Origin: Octopus vulgaris
Taxonomy: Eukaryota
Length of the DNA: 64,000 nt
Direction of reading: 5' to 3'
Assembly (NCBI GenBank): GCA_951406725.2
Contig: OX597835.1
Span: 32,736,001 to 32,800,000, forward strand
Part shown: positions 40,571 to 54,611 of the stretch, in pieces
Numbering within the stretch: position 1 is the first letter of the stretch
How the letters are laid out: each line of letters starts with the position of its first letter
The notes under the pieces: model-generated
Seen by the model: the letters and a program-made list of their open reading frames with translations, nothing else
The model's database searches: none
Told to the model about the DNA's origin: nothing
Position numbers and translations under genes: made by a program

Positions 40571-42909
40571 CTGCCAACTGAAAGTTTTCCCGCTAGATCT
40601 GTCTTTTAGAAGCTGCAGCCGAATCGAGTGGACACGTCTCAACCTTCTCTCAAAGAAAACCCCACACGTAGAGAAGCCCCCTTCTACGCGGAAACGGAGA
40701 CAGCATTTTGGCTCACACAATTTAACTATTGTGAATAGTTTTATGGCCTTGGCTACCGGTTCGCCCTGAAGAAAATATATGTGTATATATTTTTATTTGT
40801 GAATCCAGACAAAAATAAAAATATTATTTATTGCTGTTGAAGATAGTCGAAGTTTTGGTTTTCCTTTCGACACAATTGAATGTAACAGAATAAGACCGAC
40901 ACCCCTCAAGTGTTCCAGAGACCTTCATCCTTGCTGCGTCTCCTTAATAGTGACCACTCCATTGCTGGATGGTTTGGCTGAATTGTACATGTCATTATAT
41001 AGTATTTACGACATGAATCAATTGATAATTCGGCAAAATAATGTGAAAATTATAAAATAATGAAGAGGTTATAAGCAATACAGAATCAAAAGGAAAATTT
41101 TAAAATGTCACCAATTGTGACTGAGGGCGCAGAGCAACACCTACGTTGATAGCAATAAGAATCAAATACACATGTGCGTGTGGATATATAAATATATGGT
41201 CACGTGTCTGTGTTTGTCATCTATTCCCATCACTTGACAACCGGTGTTCGTCTGTTTACGCGCTTGTAAAGCTCAGTGCTCGGCAATGGAGAACAATATA
41301 TCAGGCACGACACTGCAACGCATTCGTAAGTACTGGTTTCGATTTGTTTGACTAAAACCCTTCAAGCATTCTAGTTCTTTATTTTATGAACGATACTGTA
41401 CGAAACGTCAAGCACATTCCAAATTTTTAAGCTTTAAACTAATGCAACATTTGTTAAAACGTATTCCATACAAGTCTTTTATTTGCGTTCATTGCCTAAT
41501 AGTAATGTATACTTCTTTGGAGATCCGTGCTATTTTCAAAGGAAGAAGAAAATAGCTGTTAATTAGTAAAAGACACAAGAACACAATGAGTGCATTTCCA
41601 AAGAATCGAAACCGCGTTAAATTCAATTTAGTGAATCAGTGAAATCTTCAAACAGAGAAGAAACATTAGAAGGAAAGATTTGTTGCTTTAAAATTTAGAA
41701 CTGACGATGTGTTAATTTGGTGTTTTGTTTAGTGTTACCGATTTAACCTTAGTGAAAATTAAGATGTTCACAGCTACTGTGAGGTGAAATAAATCTCCTA
41801 CACAACAGTGCAACAGAATGATTGCCGTAATAATTCTAAGAGTTTCATTTACAATAAAGAATGATTGAAATGAGTGGCTAAGTACTTCAATACTTCATTG
41901 ATCTTTATTTGAAACAATTCGCTTTAAAGTTGAATGAGGAAGACAAAGCATATTGGTCTTTATGACTTAATGGGAAAGTGTTTATTACAAAGTGATACCG
42001 CTGAGAATTGCGAAGAATTTCCAATTGCAAACATGCTTAAGAATTCATACCGCCCTCATTAACAGACCCACCACCACTTTTACCATAACAATTATTTAAT
42101 CATCTCTTCAATATCAACAAGATTAGTGAAATCACGAGATTATATTTCCAGTCTTATCTTCTGTAATTACAGATGGGTTAGTAGTTATCGTTAAGTATCT
42201 CTTCGATTTGTTAAATGCGTATTGATTACTTAAATTACATTGGCACAGTTCTCCAAAAGAGAAACAGCAAGGGATAATAATTTAATTTGATATTCCACGT
42301 TGTTGTCATCGACGCCATCACTCACCGTAGCCACCACCACTACTGCCGTCGCCGCCGCAACCAGCAATGCCACCTCCGCCGCCGCCGCCGCCAACCTCAC
42401 CGCCGTCACCATAACTACGTCTCGGCCAACAAGATCAGCGCTACCAGCTCTGCCAGCATCATACACAGAAACGAATCCCACCTACGTGATCTGACAAGAG
42501 AACCTGTAATACATAAATAATTATCAAGGCAGCAACTTAATCTACCTCATATCTTACCTTGTTGTCTTGAAAATGAACGGACACGTCAGATATTGTAGGC
42601 CAACACACAGCATGACTGAAAACATGTCGGGATGGCTACATCTGAAAAAAAAAAACACGGTGTAATGGGCCTGCTGTATAAGGGTTCCCTTGATATTAAA
42701 CAGCATCAAGAATAACTTAATGAAATACTTCCAGTAGCAAAACAGAGCAACGAAGCCTTATGCTCACAGAACAGATCACAATTCTATAAAATATGACAGC
42801 CGCAATGCCAGACATAGGCAACCAGCAACCGGCAGACTTCCTAAATGCGATATCTAACAAACAATTACCTTCAATACTTTTAGTTGTGCAGCTCGCCTGG
42901 TGGTTAGCC

Positions 42910-43632
42910 ATGTCTCACGGGGCCCATTTCTCGAAAAATGCTACCCATACCTGCTCTAAGACGTCGCTTGTCCTGCTAGAATTACTCGTCAAATCTCCAT
43001 CAGATTAGGCATTACTCTCTCAGAGACAAGTGAAGTCATATTGCATTGCATTTTCTTTCTTTCTTCTTTCCACCCTTTTCAAGCCTAGCCAGGCTCATGG
43101 GCCCGGTTTCCCGGTTTCTGTGGCGTATGTGTTCCCCCCAGCTGGACGGGATGCCAGTCAATCGCAGAGTTACTCAAGAAACAGGAAGAAGGAGTGAGAG
43201 GAAGTTGGGGCGAAAGAGTACAACAGGGGTCGTCACTACCCCCTGCCGGAGCATCGTGGAGCTTTAGGTGTTTTTGCTCAATAAACACGCACAACGCCCG
43301 GTCTGGGTATCGAAACCACGATCCTCCGATCGCGAGTCCGCTGTCATAGCCACTGGGTCATTGCACCTCCACATTTCATTGCATAGCTTTGTATATATAA
43401 ACAATCGTGGTTGGAACAACTTTGTTCGTTGCTTTGCTCAGTTGATGAACCGTGTCTCACGCGGCCCAGTTCTTGAAAAATGTTACCAATATATGCTCTA
43501 TACCATGTCTTGTCCGGCTAGAATTACTAGCTAAATATCCTTCAGTTCATTCTTTACTCTCAGAAAAACTAAAGTCGTATTGCATAACGTAGTTTTGTAT
43601 ATTTAATTATAATCGTGGTTGGAACATCTTTC
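42910..43632. repeat. Diverged ~210-bp tandem duplication, first unit interrupted by a SINE
   Basis: GTCTCACG..GAAAAATG..GCTAGAATTACT and AATCGTGGTTGGAACA..TTCGTTGCTTTGCTCAGT each occur twice. Confidence 0.7.
43055..43371 (-). mobile_element. SINE family C (tRNA head), full length
   Basis: Minus strand TGACCCAGTGG (A box), GGTTTCGATACC (B box), GACTGGCATCCCGTCCAG central block, (GAAA) tail; possible TSD ATTGCAT. Confidence 0.75.
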
Positions 43633-44472
43633 TTCGTTGCTTTGCTCAGTGATACGGATAAAGAAGATATAAAATGTTGTACATCAGCATAAACAGAAAA
43701 TTCAATTCACGAGAAGCCTTCTCCAACACAATAGTTTTTGCAGCCGCCATTGCAAACTAAATATTTCGTAGCTTTACAATGACAACTGACAGAAAACTGA
43801 TAACTGAGAGTCTACTAATATTACAGCCTATCGTCATCACAGCCACTCTGTTTAGTAATGATTGTTCAACACAGTGCAAGTTATATTTAACAAAAACACA
43901 TCGTATCGTAAAGCACACTGCCGGTTAAATGAAGAGAAAATAAACAAAACTAATTTTGACTTCCAGACGTTGTATGGATATTTCTGCTATCTAGTTTCTA
44001 GGTAATAGACCAATGAAGATATCACAGATCATGTAGCATACAAGTAATCTTCTCTTTTCCATCAACAAGCACGACAGGAAAAAGATGACTGTGTCCTAGA
44101 TACTTGTGTTAAACCATTTGCATAAGAATTAAAACTTTACAGGCTGACAGCGAAAGGAGAAGACACTGATTGTATGCCGTTCAAGATATTCATTTAAACT
44201 GAATTCTTTTCTCGAGACTGAAGTTTCAAACTTCTGTATACTTCAGATGCGAACTGTATTTTGTCTTTTGACATCTGGGGCAGTTTTATGCACATTGTGG
44301 TGAGTTTCTGCCTTTCGTTTCCAGTGAAAATTTTCTCATGATATTTTATTAGCCTTAGCCTATGGTTGTTATCGTTTCATCTCCCACTTTTTGGTCGTTG
44401 TTCCGTTGTCTAATGATCGGCTACAGAAGAACAAAAAGAAAACAACAACAAAAAAAAAAAAAAAAAAAAGTA

Positions 44473-44855
44473 TCTCTCTCTATATAAACGGCAGTTTGTC
44501 TGTGCGTGTTTCTGTGTGTCTGTTTGCTTGTACCCTCACCTTGACCACGGCTTTCAACTGATTCTGATGAAACTTGACACACACATAGCCCAATGTCATA
44601 ATTCAAAACTAACGCAGCGAAAATTTTGAAAAGTTCCCCCAGTTCTGAAAAAAATCGATAAATTCGACATGGGGTCGAGAATCAGAAACACAAACCGCAA
44701 ACTGTCTAGGGGACGCAACTCCACCTTTTTTAACTAAAAAAACAATTTACCATCATTTTTTTCCATTTTTTTGCTATTTTTTGGCTATAACTCTCTAAAA
44801 ATGCTTTATAGTTATTTCCCTTACAAACCTGAGCAACGCCGGGCGATACTGCTAG
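44473..44855 (+). mobile_element. Non-autonomous Helitron with a different 5' module
   Basis: Starts A|TC, ends GAGCAACGCCGGGCGATACTGCTAG|T; only the 3' ~115 bp match the other two copies. Confidence 0.8.
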
Positions 44856-44877
44856 TCAATGATAAACATAAACGCAA

Positions 44878-45070
44878 GGCTGCGAACTGGCAGAATTGTT
44901 AGCACGCCGGCACTTCGTGCATCTTTATGCCGTAGGTTCAAATTCCGCTATCGTCATCTTTGTCTTTCAGCCTTTCAGGGTTGATAAAATAAGTACCATT
45001 TCAACACCGGGAACGAAGCAATCGACTTATCCCTTCCCCGAAACTGCAGACCTTGTGCCAAGATTTGAAA
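44878..45070 (+). mobile_element. SINE family A, diverged (tail variant 2)
   Basis: CTGGCAGAATTGTTAGCACGCCGG..CCTTTCAGGGTTGATAAAATAAGTACC..CCTTGTGCC. Confidence 0.6.
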
Positions 45071-45682
45071 TGAATAATATACATAAATGATAATAAAAAT
45101 CATACGTGTTATCAGCCAATACACTCAAGTTTTCACCGTCCACTGAACTATTAATCGTTGCACTTCAATAGTTCCATGAGATATAAAGAGATTTTAGAAA
45201 TTGCTAACAAGATGACAGTTTCTACCCGAATAAAGCCAGTAAATGGTAACATTCACATTGTATACATTTTATACATCTGATTGGTTTTTGTGATTTCGCG
45301 TCAGTTTTTTGTTCATGTTTTCGCATAGTTATTACCAAATATGAGAACATACTACAAAAGGAGTTATATACATCAAATTATTCTGGTGAATTCCGGCGTG
45401 AATAAATTAGTAAAAAAACAAAACTAAAAGCTTGTACGTACAAGCACAAGTAGTATGTACTTACCTCAAACTCTTTTTATGTATATATATATACAGGTGT
45501 GTGAGTGTGGAAGGGGTTGTGTGTTAGTATGTATGCATGCATAGATCATTGACAACAATTCGGCCCAAAACCCAGATTTACTCTTCAGCTTTAAAGTCTA
45601 AGAAATACCGATTATCTCACGACACACCTGGAATCTCACCAAAACCTCACCTACACCAGTGCAGCTATTAAACTCACACACA

Positions 45683-45756
<74 letters not shown>

Positions 45757-46152
45757 CACATTCACACTCACACATCCACACAGGTAAACAGCCAAGAAAG
45801 ACATCATACAATATATGGTCAGTAAATACTAGAACCTCGAGCAGTTACTTGATCTGGAGTCATGTCCTATATTAAAATATTTTAAGAACATATTAAGGAT
45901 GTCATTACAAACATACATGCGCACGCGCAGACTCACACACGCACGTACACAAGCGCCATTGCCCATTGCCTCTGAGAGGAATCGTTTTTCTACCAGACAC
46001 TTCTAGCACAATTTTTGCCAGTTCTTTCATCTTTCTGTATTATTTTATGAAAATCCTGGAGCAAAACCATACGATACAATTTTATTAAGTTTTAAAACTA
46101 TAGACGTGTGTGTGTATATATAAACCGGTGCATATTCACACGTGCATCTGCA

Positions 46153-46388
46153 TTAGCCACTACACACATTTATTCTCTCCTTTTTTCTCTCCTTTTTTCT
46201 CTCCTCTTTTTTCTCTCCATTTCTTCTCTCCTTGTTTCTCTCCTTGTTTTTTTCTGTGTCCCTTTCTGTAGAAGAGCGTCGGCTCGAAACGTAAAATACT
46301 TTTTCTATTCCTGAGCGTTATACTAATACATCTGTATGTTTTGTACACCACCTGTCTTCGTCTTTTGCTTTTTTCGTAAACTCTCCCT
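46153..46388 (+). mobile_element. Short pLTR-like element with hammerhead-like motif, ending in (TA)n
   Basis: CTTT-CTGTAGAAGAGCGTCGGCTCGAAACGTA-AAA; matches the 5100 and 19900 copies. Confidence 0.65.
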
Positions 46389-46534
46389 ATATATATATAT
46401 AATTCTAGACAAGTATATCATATCTTGGTGTGTGCATGTATGTATATCTTCACGCACATATAATATTAGTTTGGAAAGGAATTCCTGGCGCATTGGAAGA
46501 TAGGAAAGAAATAAATGTTTCTTTGCTCATAATA

Positions 46535-46978
46535 TATGTAATCAAGACAATATTCCCTCCCATTATCGAAAATATAATCGACTCTATATGGCAAATCGTT
46601 GATCCTTCAGGTATAAAATTGTTTAGGAATCGAAGCAAAGAAACAGTAAACATTGCTTTTAACCCCTTCACAAATTATAAAGTATTTCCTCTGTAAATAA
46701 TATTGCAGCGAAGTGAAAAGATGATTGCGAAATGGAGAACGGTCGGGAGAGGTATGAAGTAAAACTTGCATGTTCAGCGTCGTAAAGTTTAATTTTCAGT
46801 GACTAGAGCAATATATGGTCTTGACAAGCCACTACAATTAACAAATGATGGGGGTTTTTTTCAGCAATTTTTGTTCAATGATTCCAACAGACGAAGGTAA
46901 ATCCCCTCATTAAATCTTCCATTTCGGTTTAATACTTCATGATTCATAAAACTCTTCCTAACCTTCCAAACACACAGT
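46535..46978 (-). pseudogene. Highly decayed mariner transposase C-terminal half
   Basis: LCVW..HEVL..IY..TSPDRSP..HLFTSLQ..FFASIPKQFY..INDLPYR..IFDNGREYCLD parallels the YSPDLAPSDYHLF..FFASK..FY..GI..LP.RW pattern. Confidence 0.65.
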
Positions 46979-47001
46979 GCAAATTACCAGATGTGATCGT
47001 G

Positions 47002-47039
<38 letters not shown>

Positions 47040-47377
47040 ATTTCCCAAGTATTACGTTGAGTTTCCTTCACAGGAACCTTTTTCTATTTATCAGGATCTC
47101 GTGAATGCCCTGTCTGTTTCAGTGAGAAATTGTATAAGCCATCAAATTTCAGTATCCTTTTATGAATATACGACCAATCATATTTTTGACATCTGAGGTA
47201 CGTTCTGTTAATGAAATTCAAACTATTGGTCGTTGATAACCCAGATATAGGACCCAGCTTCTAGTTGAACCACGAGATATAAGCGAGTATATATATATAT
47301 TCCCTGCCACCTCACAAACTGCTGTTAAATCATTCAGTCACTCTATTTGTCTGTTTGTCTGTGTATCTATATGTGTG

Positions 47378-47479
<102 letters not shown>

Positions 47480-47522
47480 CATACATATATATATGTGTGT
47501 GTGTGTGTGTGTATATATAATG

Positions 47523-47594
<72 letters not shown>

Positions 47595-47606
47595 GTAATA
47601 ATAATA

Positions 47607-47747
<141 letters not shown>

Positions 47748-47959
47748 TAACCTTCGAAACACGAAGTAGATAAAACAGGGGACAACTGATGAAGGCCTTT
47801 CTCCATGTTTCTTTCGTTGTTCGAAAACAGTTCGTTTTCTATGAATTTTGATTTTTTCTGTTCTCGTTTCATTTTTTTCAGGTTTGTTGACGTCCTGTAT
47901 CCATATTTGCATGTATATATCCATATATATGTAGGTATGTACATATATCTATGTATAAA

Positions 47960-48002
<43 letters not shown>

Positions 48003-48039
48003 ATCATTATTATCATTATTATTATTATTATTAATATTA

Positions 48040-48113
<74 letters not shown>

Positions 48114-48149
48114 ATCGAACGCCACCTATCCATTTCCAAGTAAGTTTTG

Positions 48150-48231
<82 letters not shown>

Positions 48232-48237
48232 CATCTA
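48150..48237. repeat. (TATC)n microsatellite at the 5' junction of the full-length LINE
   Basis: Direct reading. Confidence 0.95.
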
Positions 48238-48530
48238 CGGACGTGCTGTCACTTCGGCTCCGAAGGTAATCGTTTATTTTGACTATTTATAGCCCATATT
48301 TTGTGTACATTTTTGTAAATAAGGTGTGTAAGGCACCCAACTTTCGTTTGAGTGCTATTCCAAGGGAGGAATTCGCCCCTAGGGGCAGTTTCAACCCTAT
48401 TTAATTTGTGTAATTTTCTTCTCGACATTTTGAGAATGTCGAGAAATTGTATTGTAGAAAGCTGGTCGCGTTTCTTTATCGACCAACATTTTCCTAGTCT
48501 GGAAACGCTAGGAGAAGAAAAAAAGAACTC

Positions 48531-50672
48531 ATGCACGCAAAGTGCAAACCTAAATGACATGGCAGTGAACGCTGCAACCACTTGCGATAACAGCACTGTC
48601 ACCACCACCACTAACAACAACAACAACGGGACTACTACTGCTACCACCACCGCCTCCACCACCACCACCACCACCGCCACCTCATCCACTACCTCAACTA
48701 CCAACAACAACAACAATAACAATGACAACAAGAATAACAACAATTGCGCCACCATTTCGACATCTGCTGCCACGGCTGTCTCTTCTGTCACGGCTGTCTC
48801 TTCTGCCACTGACACCACCGCCAACACCAACAACAAAAACAACAATAACAACAACAACAATTCCGTTCAGACCTTGTTTCCTCCAACAACAAAAACTGAA
48901 TGGAATAAATAAAAGACTGTGACCACCAAACAAATTGACAAAAGCTGCTTGAATACAGGGATAAACTATGCAAGTAATTTTCCACCCCTTCCTACTTGCA
49001 CAATCAAACGAAATACACCGATTTTACCAACTGCAGCCAACAACAACCTCACCACCAGCAACAACAATAACAGAACAACAACAAATTTCGCCGAGGCGAT
49101 AAAAGAAAAAAAGACAACAGTATATTTTACTGCACAGCAGATAAAAGATATCAATATTCTAATAACGGAAGTAGATGGTATAGTAAAAATAAACATACCT
49201 CAAGAAATATTAGAAAATGAAAAAAAAAAGAACTATTATATATAAAATAATTAATAAGAAAACAAAAAGTCCAGAGAAGGCTAACACAAGCAAAATCGAA
49301 AAATGCTTGAAACCCATCTGGAACTACAAAGAGCATGTGACCTGGTGGAACAAGTTCGCACACATACAAGTGATCTTCCACACTGAAGAGTTAGCAAAAC
49401 GTTTCTCAACGCTAACTCTTCATTCAGATGAACTGCAACTAACACCAAGCTATCGTGGACAGAAAGTGACTAAGATCACATTAAACAATGTCCCAAAAAT
49501 AGCGAACAATCTATGGCTAGTAAAGGCCTTATGTGTGAAAATGGAAGATTTCACAATTTTAGGAACTACAGTCACGGAGCACAAAAACTAGGTGGGAAAA
49601 AAAGTAGAATTTCTACTACACATCAACCAGGATGATATCAAGAAAATACCCACCCAGATATGTGTATCAGAAGACCACAAGTTGTATGTGGTCGTCGATG
49701 GCAGAAGACTACGTTGCTACATATGCGGCAGTGAGCAACACCTAAAAAAGACTGCAAATATGCCGCAAGAAAACTACAGCAACGACAACAGCAGCCGGAA
49801 AAAACAAAAAAGCCAGCTTTACTACCCACACCACAAATTGTACAAACAGGACTAATCACAGAAAATAAAAAAAACAAACCTCACCAACCAAACAACCACA
49901 CCAACTGCACCAAGAGCAGAAGCAACACCAACAACAACAACCAAGAATAAACCAACTCCCAAACCAAGGACATCTGCCAAAAAGACACTCATCGAAAATG
50001 AAGAAACAATTACTACTCCAAATCCCCACAAAATTGACACCCCAAACAACACAACAATACCTACAATCACTCAAACACAAAATACCCACACCCCACCTCC
50101 AAAACCGCATACACCACAACCTAACGCTCACCAACCAACACCAACAACAAAATCAACACAGTCTACAATAGACCCCAATATTTTCCCTCTCCCAAGCTCT
50201 GATTCCTCTGATTTGTCATTAGACGAAGAATACACAGAAGATTGGCAAATAACCACAGGGGGAGAAGAAAAAGGGTAAAAAAAGAAAAGAAAAGATAACA
50301 AACAAAGCAGGAAGATACACCACTCCCGAAACAAAAACATCCACAGAAAACAAACACATCAACACAAACACACCATCATCAAACCCCCCAACAATGTTGA
50401 CAGCCATGAACACAAACAACCACGACCTAATGGAACACATTAGGTCAAACACCAACATAACTGAAAACGACATAAAAACAAATAACCACCCATGCACAAC
50501 ACCACCACAACACATTAAAATAATACACGTAACACAGAACACATAGAGCACCCTGAAATCTCTTTACCCTGATGCAGTAGGGAGATTTCAAAAATATTCA
50601 TCAAAGAAACTATACAAAAACCTCATGGAAGAAGACTGTGAGGTGAAAAACAAAGGACTTTCGAACAAGTAA
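48531..50672 (+). pseudogene. LINE ORF1 (disrupted)
   Basis: T/N-rich N-terminus, central domain (HIQVIFHTEELAKRF), zinc knuckle CYICGSEQHLKK[D]C across a frameshift, P/T-rich tail; several stops. Confidence 0.7.
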
Positions 50673-50739
50673 CCTTTTCTCTCTCTCTTTCCTTTTTTGC
50701 ACTTTCTTTTCGTGTGTAAAACACAATTTTTATCGGAAC

Positions 50740-53700
50740 ATGCTCAGAATAGGCAGTATAAATGTACGTGGCTTGGGGTCGCCTTGGAAACAAGGCTACC
50801 TGTTAAATGACATCAAGTCACTAAATCTGAATATCATAGCCATCAGTGAGACCAGACTACACAGCTCGCGGGCACTCAAGCACAGTTTCGGTACACATTT
50901 CAACACTTATTTTTCTCCGTGTCTACCGAGAATGGGCGGAGGTGGCACCGCGGTGCTTCTCCGGAAGAGTCTGGATCTCAAAGTAAGAGCAATTTTCCTA
51001 GACCCGGAGGGTAGGCTGGTCGTTTTGGATGTCGATGGCAGCAATGAGTGTGCTTTTCGACTGATAGCAGTTTATGCTCCGTCCTTAACAGGCCGACTAG
51101 ATTTCTTTCGACGTTTAGAGTCTTTCATGGGAACGTCTCGTCCTTTACTTTTAGTGGGGGATTGGAATCCCACCCTGCACACGCATCTAGACTACGTGAG
51201 CAGAGATAGCAATAGAAGGGGATGCAAATGCCTCAAAGACCTGCTCAGACGTTTCCAACTGTCTGACAGGTACCGACTGGACCACCCGAATGTGCCAATG
51301 TGGACATGGAGTAACCGCATCGGGTCGTCCAGATCATACTTAGATAGAGTATTCTGTAGAACAATAGATAAAAATAGTGTAGGTTGTCCACAATTTCATA
51401 TAGTCAGTTACACAGATCACAAGTTTGTGACTTGTACACTTGACGTAGATAAGACACATAGGCAGGGTCCTGGTTACTGGAAACTGAACGCGTCTTTTAC
51501 AGCACGACAGGTTTACAGGGACCGGATCAGCACATTAGTTAAGAGAGCGTTGACGGGTACCATCATCAACAACAGATGGTGGTATGCCCTAAAAAAAGCA
51601 ATTAAAGCAGAATCGGTCAGATACAGTAAAGCCCTAGCATTAGACCGAAATAGAATAGAGGGAGAATTAGTTAAGGTTTTAGAAGAGGCACTTAGAACTG
51701 GCATCGCGTCCAACGTGCTGGCGGCGAGATTGGCCCTCGACCAACACCTGAACGCCAAACACGAGGGATGCGTTGTCAGAGCTAGGATGCGTGCTCTGAG
51801 GAACGAAGGAGTTGGAGCCGCCCAAGAGGCCCGAGTGGTGGAGGTGCAACGAGGCAACAGAGCCACCATCAAGTCTCTTATAGATGAACAGGGGCGCGAA
51901 TTGCTCGAGCCTAAAAGGATGTGTGGGGCTTTTCAACAACACTTCATCCAACTGTTTGGGACAAGTGGTGGGTCAGAATGCAGAGTGGACTTTAGTGCCT
52001 ACCTGCATGCCTTTCCACGACTCTCAGCAAGAGAGGTGGAGTCTTGTGAAAGGCCTATCACAGCGGCGGACGTACAGGATGCGATGGGGGCGCTGCGCGA
52101 GAGACAAGTCACCAGGCTTGGATGGTCTGCCCTACGAACTTTATTGTCATATGCCAGACTTGTTTGGAGGCGTCTTGGCAGCTGTCTACTGCAACTGGCA
52201 GCAAAACGGGAGTATTCCTGCTTTTGTAAAGCGAGGAGCAGTGGCACTGATTAAGAAAGACCCAAACAAGGGGGACGTCATAGATAATTTCAGGCCCATC
52301 ACTCTGCTCAACGCAGATTTGAAAATTTTGGCCAAGGTGTTAGCCGAGAGGTTGGCGCTTGTCATCAAGAAACTAATCGACAAGGCGCAAACATGCGCCG
52401 TGCCGGATAGAAGTATTCATGAGAGCCTCCATAATGATGCGCTACATCATAGACAGGGTAGTTAAGAATCCTGGCATGGGTGGGGCGCTGATCAATTTGG
52501 ATCAATCAAAAGCTTTCGATAGGGTAGACCATCACTACTTCGAGGCTGTCCTTAAAGCGGCTGGTTTCGGTCCAGTTTTCCGCGGTTGGATCGCTGCCTT
52601 ATACAGCGGCTACGAGCACGTCGAGCTACGAGCACATCGAGCTGGTCGGCGAGACACTAAAAGAATACGAAGCGGTAACGGGAGAAAAAATTAACCGGGA
52701 AAAGTCAGTGAGCTTGCGGCTCGGCACCTGGAGAGGCAGGCCCATGCCGTCCAACAGCGTCTCCATCGTGGGACGCTGGACGGACGGACCGGTTAAATTG
52801 CTCGGGGTCTGGTTCGGTCCGGACCTCCAAATGGAGAAGAACTGGGGCGAGATAACGACTAGGGTGGCTACTCTCACCCAGAAATGGGCTGAGAGAAGGC
52901 TATCCCTGAAAGGTCGGGCGGAGGTGGCGAACGCGTACATCGCATCCGTCATCGACTATCGTCTGACCGTTGTGCCTTGTCCCAACCCTACCATCACCAA
53001 ACTGGAACGTATACTCTTCCGCTTCTTGTGGAAGGGAAACGTTCCGATGGTTAGGCGATCCATTTGCTGTCAACACCCGCTAAATGGAAGGCTGGGCATG
53101 CCGTGGTTGATGATGCGCAGACATGCGCTGAGACTGCGACATCTCCGGCGCTTCATAGACAACGCTGAACAGGTGTGGTCGCCTTTTGTGCGGCGCGCTT
53201 TACCGCAGCTCGTCTCCTTGGACGAACTACAGTCATGGATCAAGCAGGGACCGAGGCTAGGCGAATGGCACCGCGAGTGTCGCGTTGCTCTCAAGCAACT
53301 CTGCCGTCCGGGATCGAATTTGTGCGACTCCATCACAACAAAGACATTCTATAGAGGATTAGTGGAGGGGAGCTGCGACGACGAACTCGGGCAGAGTCTG
53401 GGCGTCGACGAGGAACACCTGACCCGCCTGTTCAGGACAACTTTCGGGCCGGGACCTATGAATAATCACCAAAGATCCCTGGCCTGGCAGTGCTATCGAG
53501 AAGCATTACCTGTTCGTGTTAAGCTCTACAGACACGGATCCAGATACACTGGACCGACTTGCCCGAGATGCGGTCAGAGCGACGAAACCGTTCTGCACGC
53601 ACTCGTGCAATGTCCAACCATTTCAGACCTGTGGGCTTAAGCCGAACGGCTGCTGTCACGTGTGGGACGTATCCGCCTATCGGCCGAGTCTATCGTGGGA

Positions 53701-53980
53701 GTTGTTCCGCCCCCTTCCCTCAACCGGGAAGGCAAGGCAGTTTTCATCGTACTGGTGGCCATGGTGAAAGAATGTGTGTGGTGGACCCGAGCGAAAGAAT
53801 TAGAGACAAACACATTACCTCTCTGGCCAATCGCTCATCAACTTTTTCAAGTACCACTTGAAAAGGAAGGTGAGAATGGAGAGGGAAGTTTTGTCTCGCG
53901 AAAGATTCAAAAAAAGATGGGTGAATGTTGCAAAGATGGTGCGTGCGAGCGACGAAACCATTTTGAGCATGATCTTGTAG
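50740..53980 (+). pseudogene. LINE ORF2 (APE endonuclease, RT, C-terminal CCHC), disrupted
   Basis: SINVRGL, SETR, VYAP, GDWN, SYLDR, TDH, GPGYWKLN; KSPGLDG, FRPITLLN, LDQSKAFDRVDH; CPRC..ET..H....C; frameshifts, and the QG..SP/YADD segment is missing at ~52610. Confidence 0.93.
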
Positions 53981-54309
53981 ATCGTAAAAAAGAAAGAGAG
54001 AGAGCATTTTGCTCTCATGTGGTTATTTCCTCCCTGACTGAGGTTCCCGTGGTCTTTTCTGTAGGCTTTTCTTCCCACGGATGAGCCCAATCTTGTTTTA
54101 TCAATGTTTTTATCTTTGTTTCTGTGATACACGATTTCTTTTCTTTTTTTCCTCCTCTCGATCCCTTTTGATCGCAATCTTACATTTATTTTCTTTTTTT
54201 CCACCCTCGAAAAGAAAAGCTCTACATTTGGTTTTGTCCCCTCTGTATTCAGCCCTGTGTGGCTAATAAAAGAAAGTTATCTATCTATCTATATCTATCT
54301 ATCTCTCTA

Positions 54310-54347
<38 letters not shown>

Positions 54348-54567
54348 ACCGTCTATTCACACTCCTTTATATAATTGTATGTGTGTGAGTTGCGTGAATG
54401 TGTTTGCGTGTGTATTTGTTTGCGTGGGTATGTGTTTGCGCGTGTGTGTTTACGTGTTTGTGTGTGTGTATTCATAAACATAAACATATATACGCACATG
54501 CATTAGGCTTATAAGTGCCATGCATGAAACTCCAGACAAATGAAACCATTATGTAGTTTCACAGTTA

Positions 54568-54611
<44 letters not shown>

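Larger units (their letters stand above)
48238..54276 (+). mobile_element. Near full-length Tx1/L1-type LINE inserted in (TATC)n
   Basis: 5' UTR, ORF1 remnant, ORF2 (APE-RT-zinc finger), 3' UTR ending CAGCCCTGTGTGGCTAATAAAAGAAAG; TATC repeats on both sides. Confidence 0.93.

Noticed and set aside
42300-42494. Ala/Thr-rich GC-rich ORF as an exon
   Set aside because: Explained by a degenerate (GCC/ACC)n repeat; no supporting splice sites or domain
47750-47915. Permuted hammerhead (CGAAAC..GTA..CTGATGAAGG), related copy at ~26535-26710
   Set aside because: Core words are present but I could not pair stem I; kept only as an unclassified dispersed repeat
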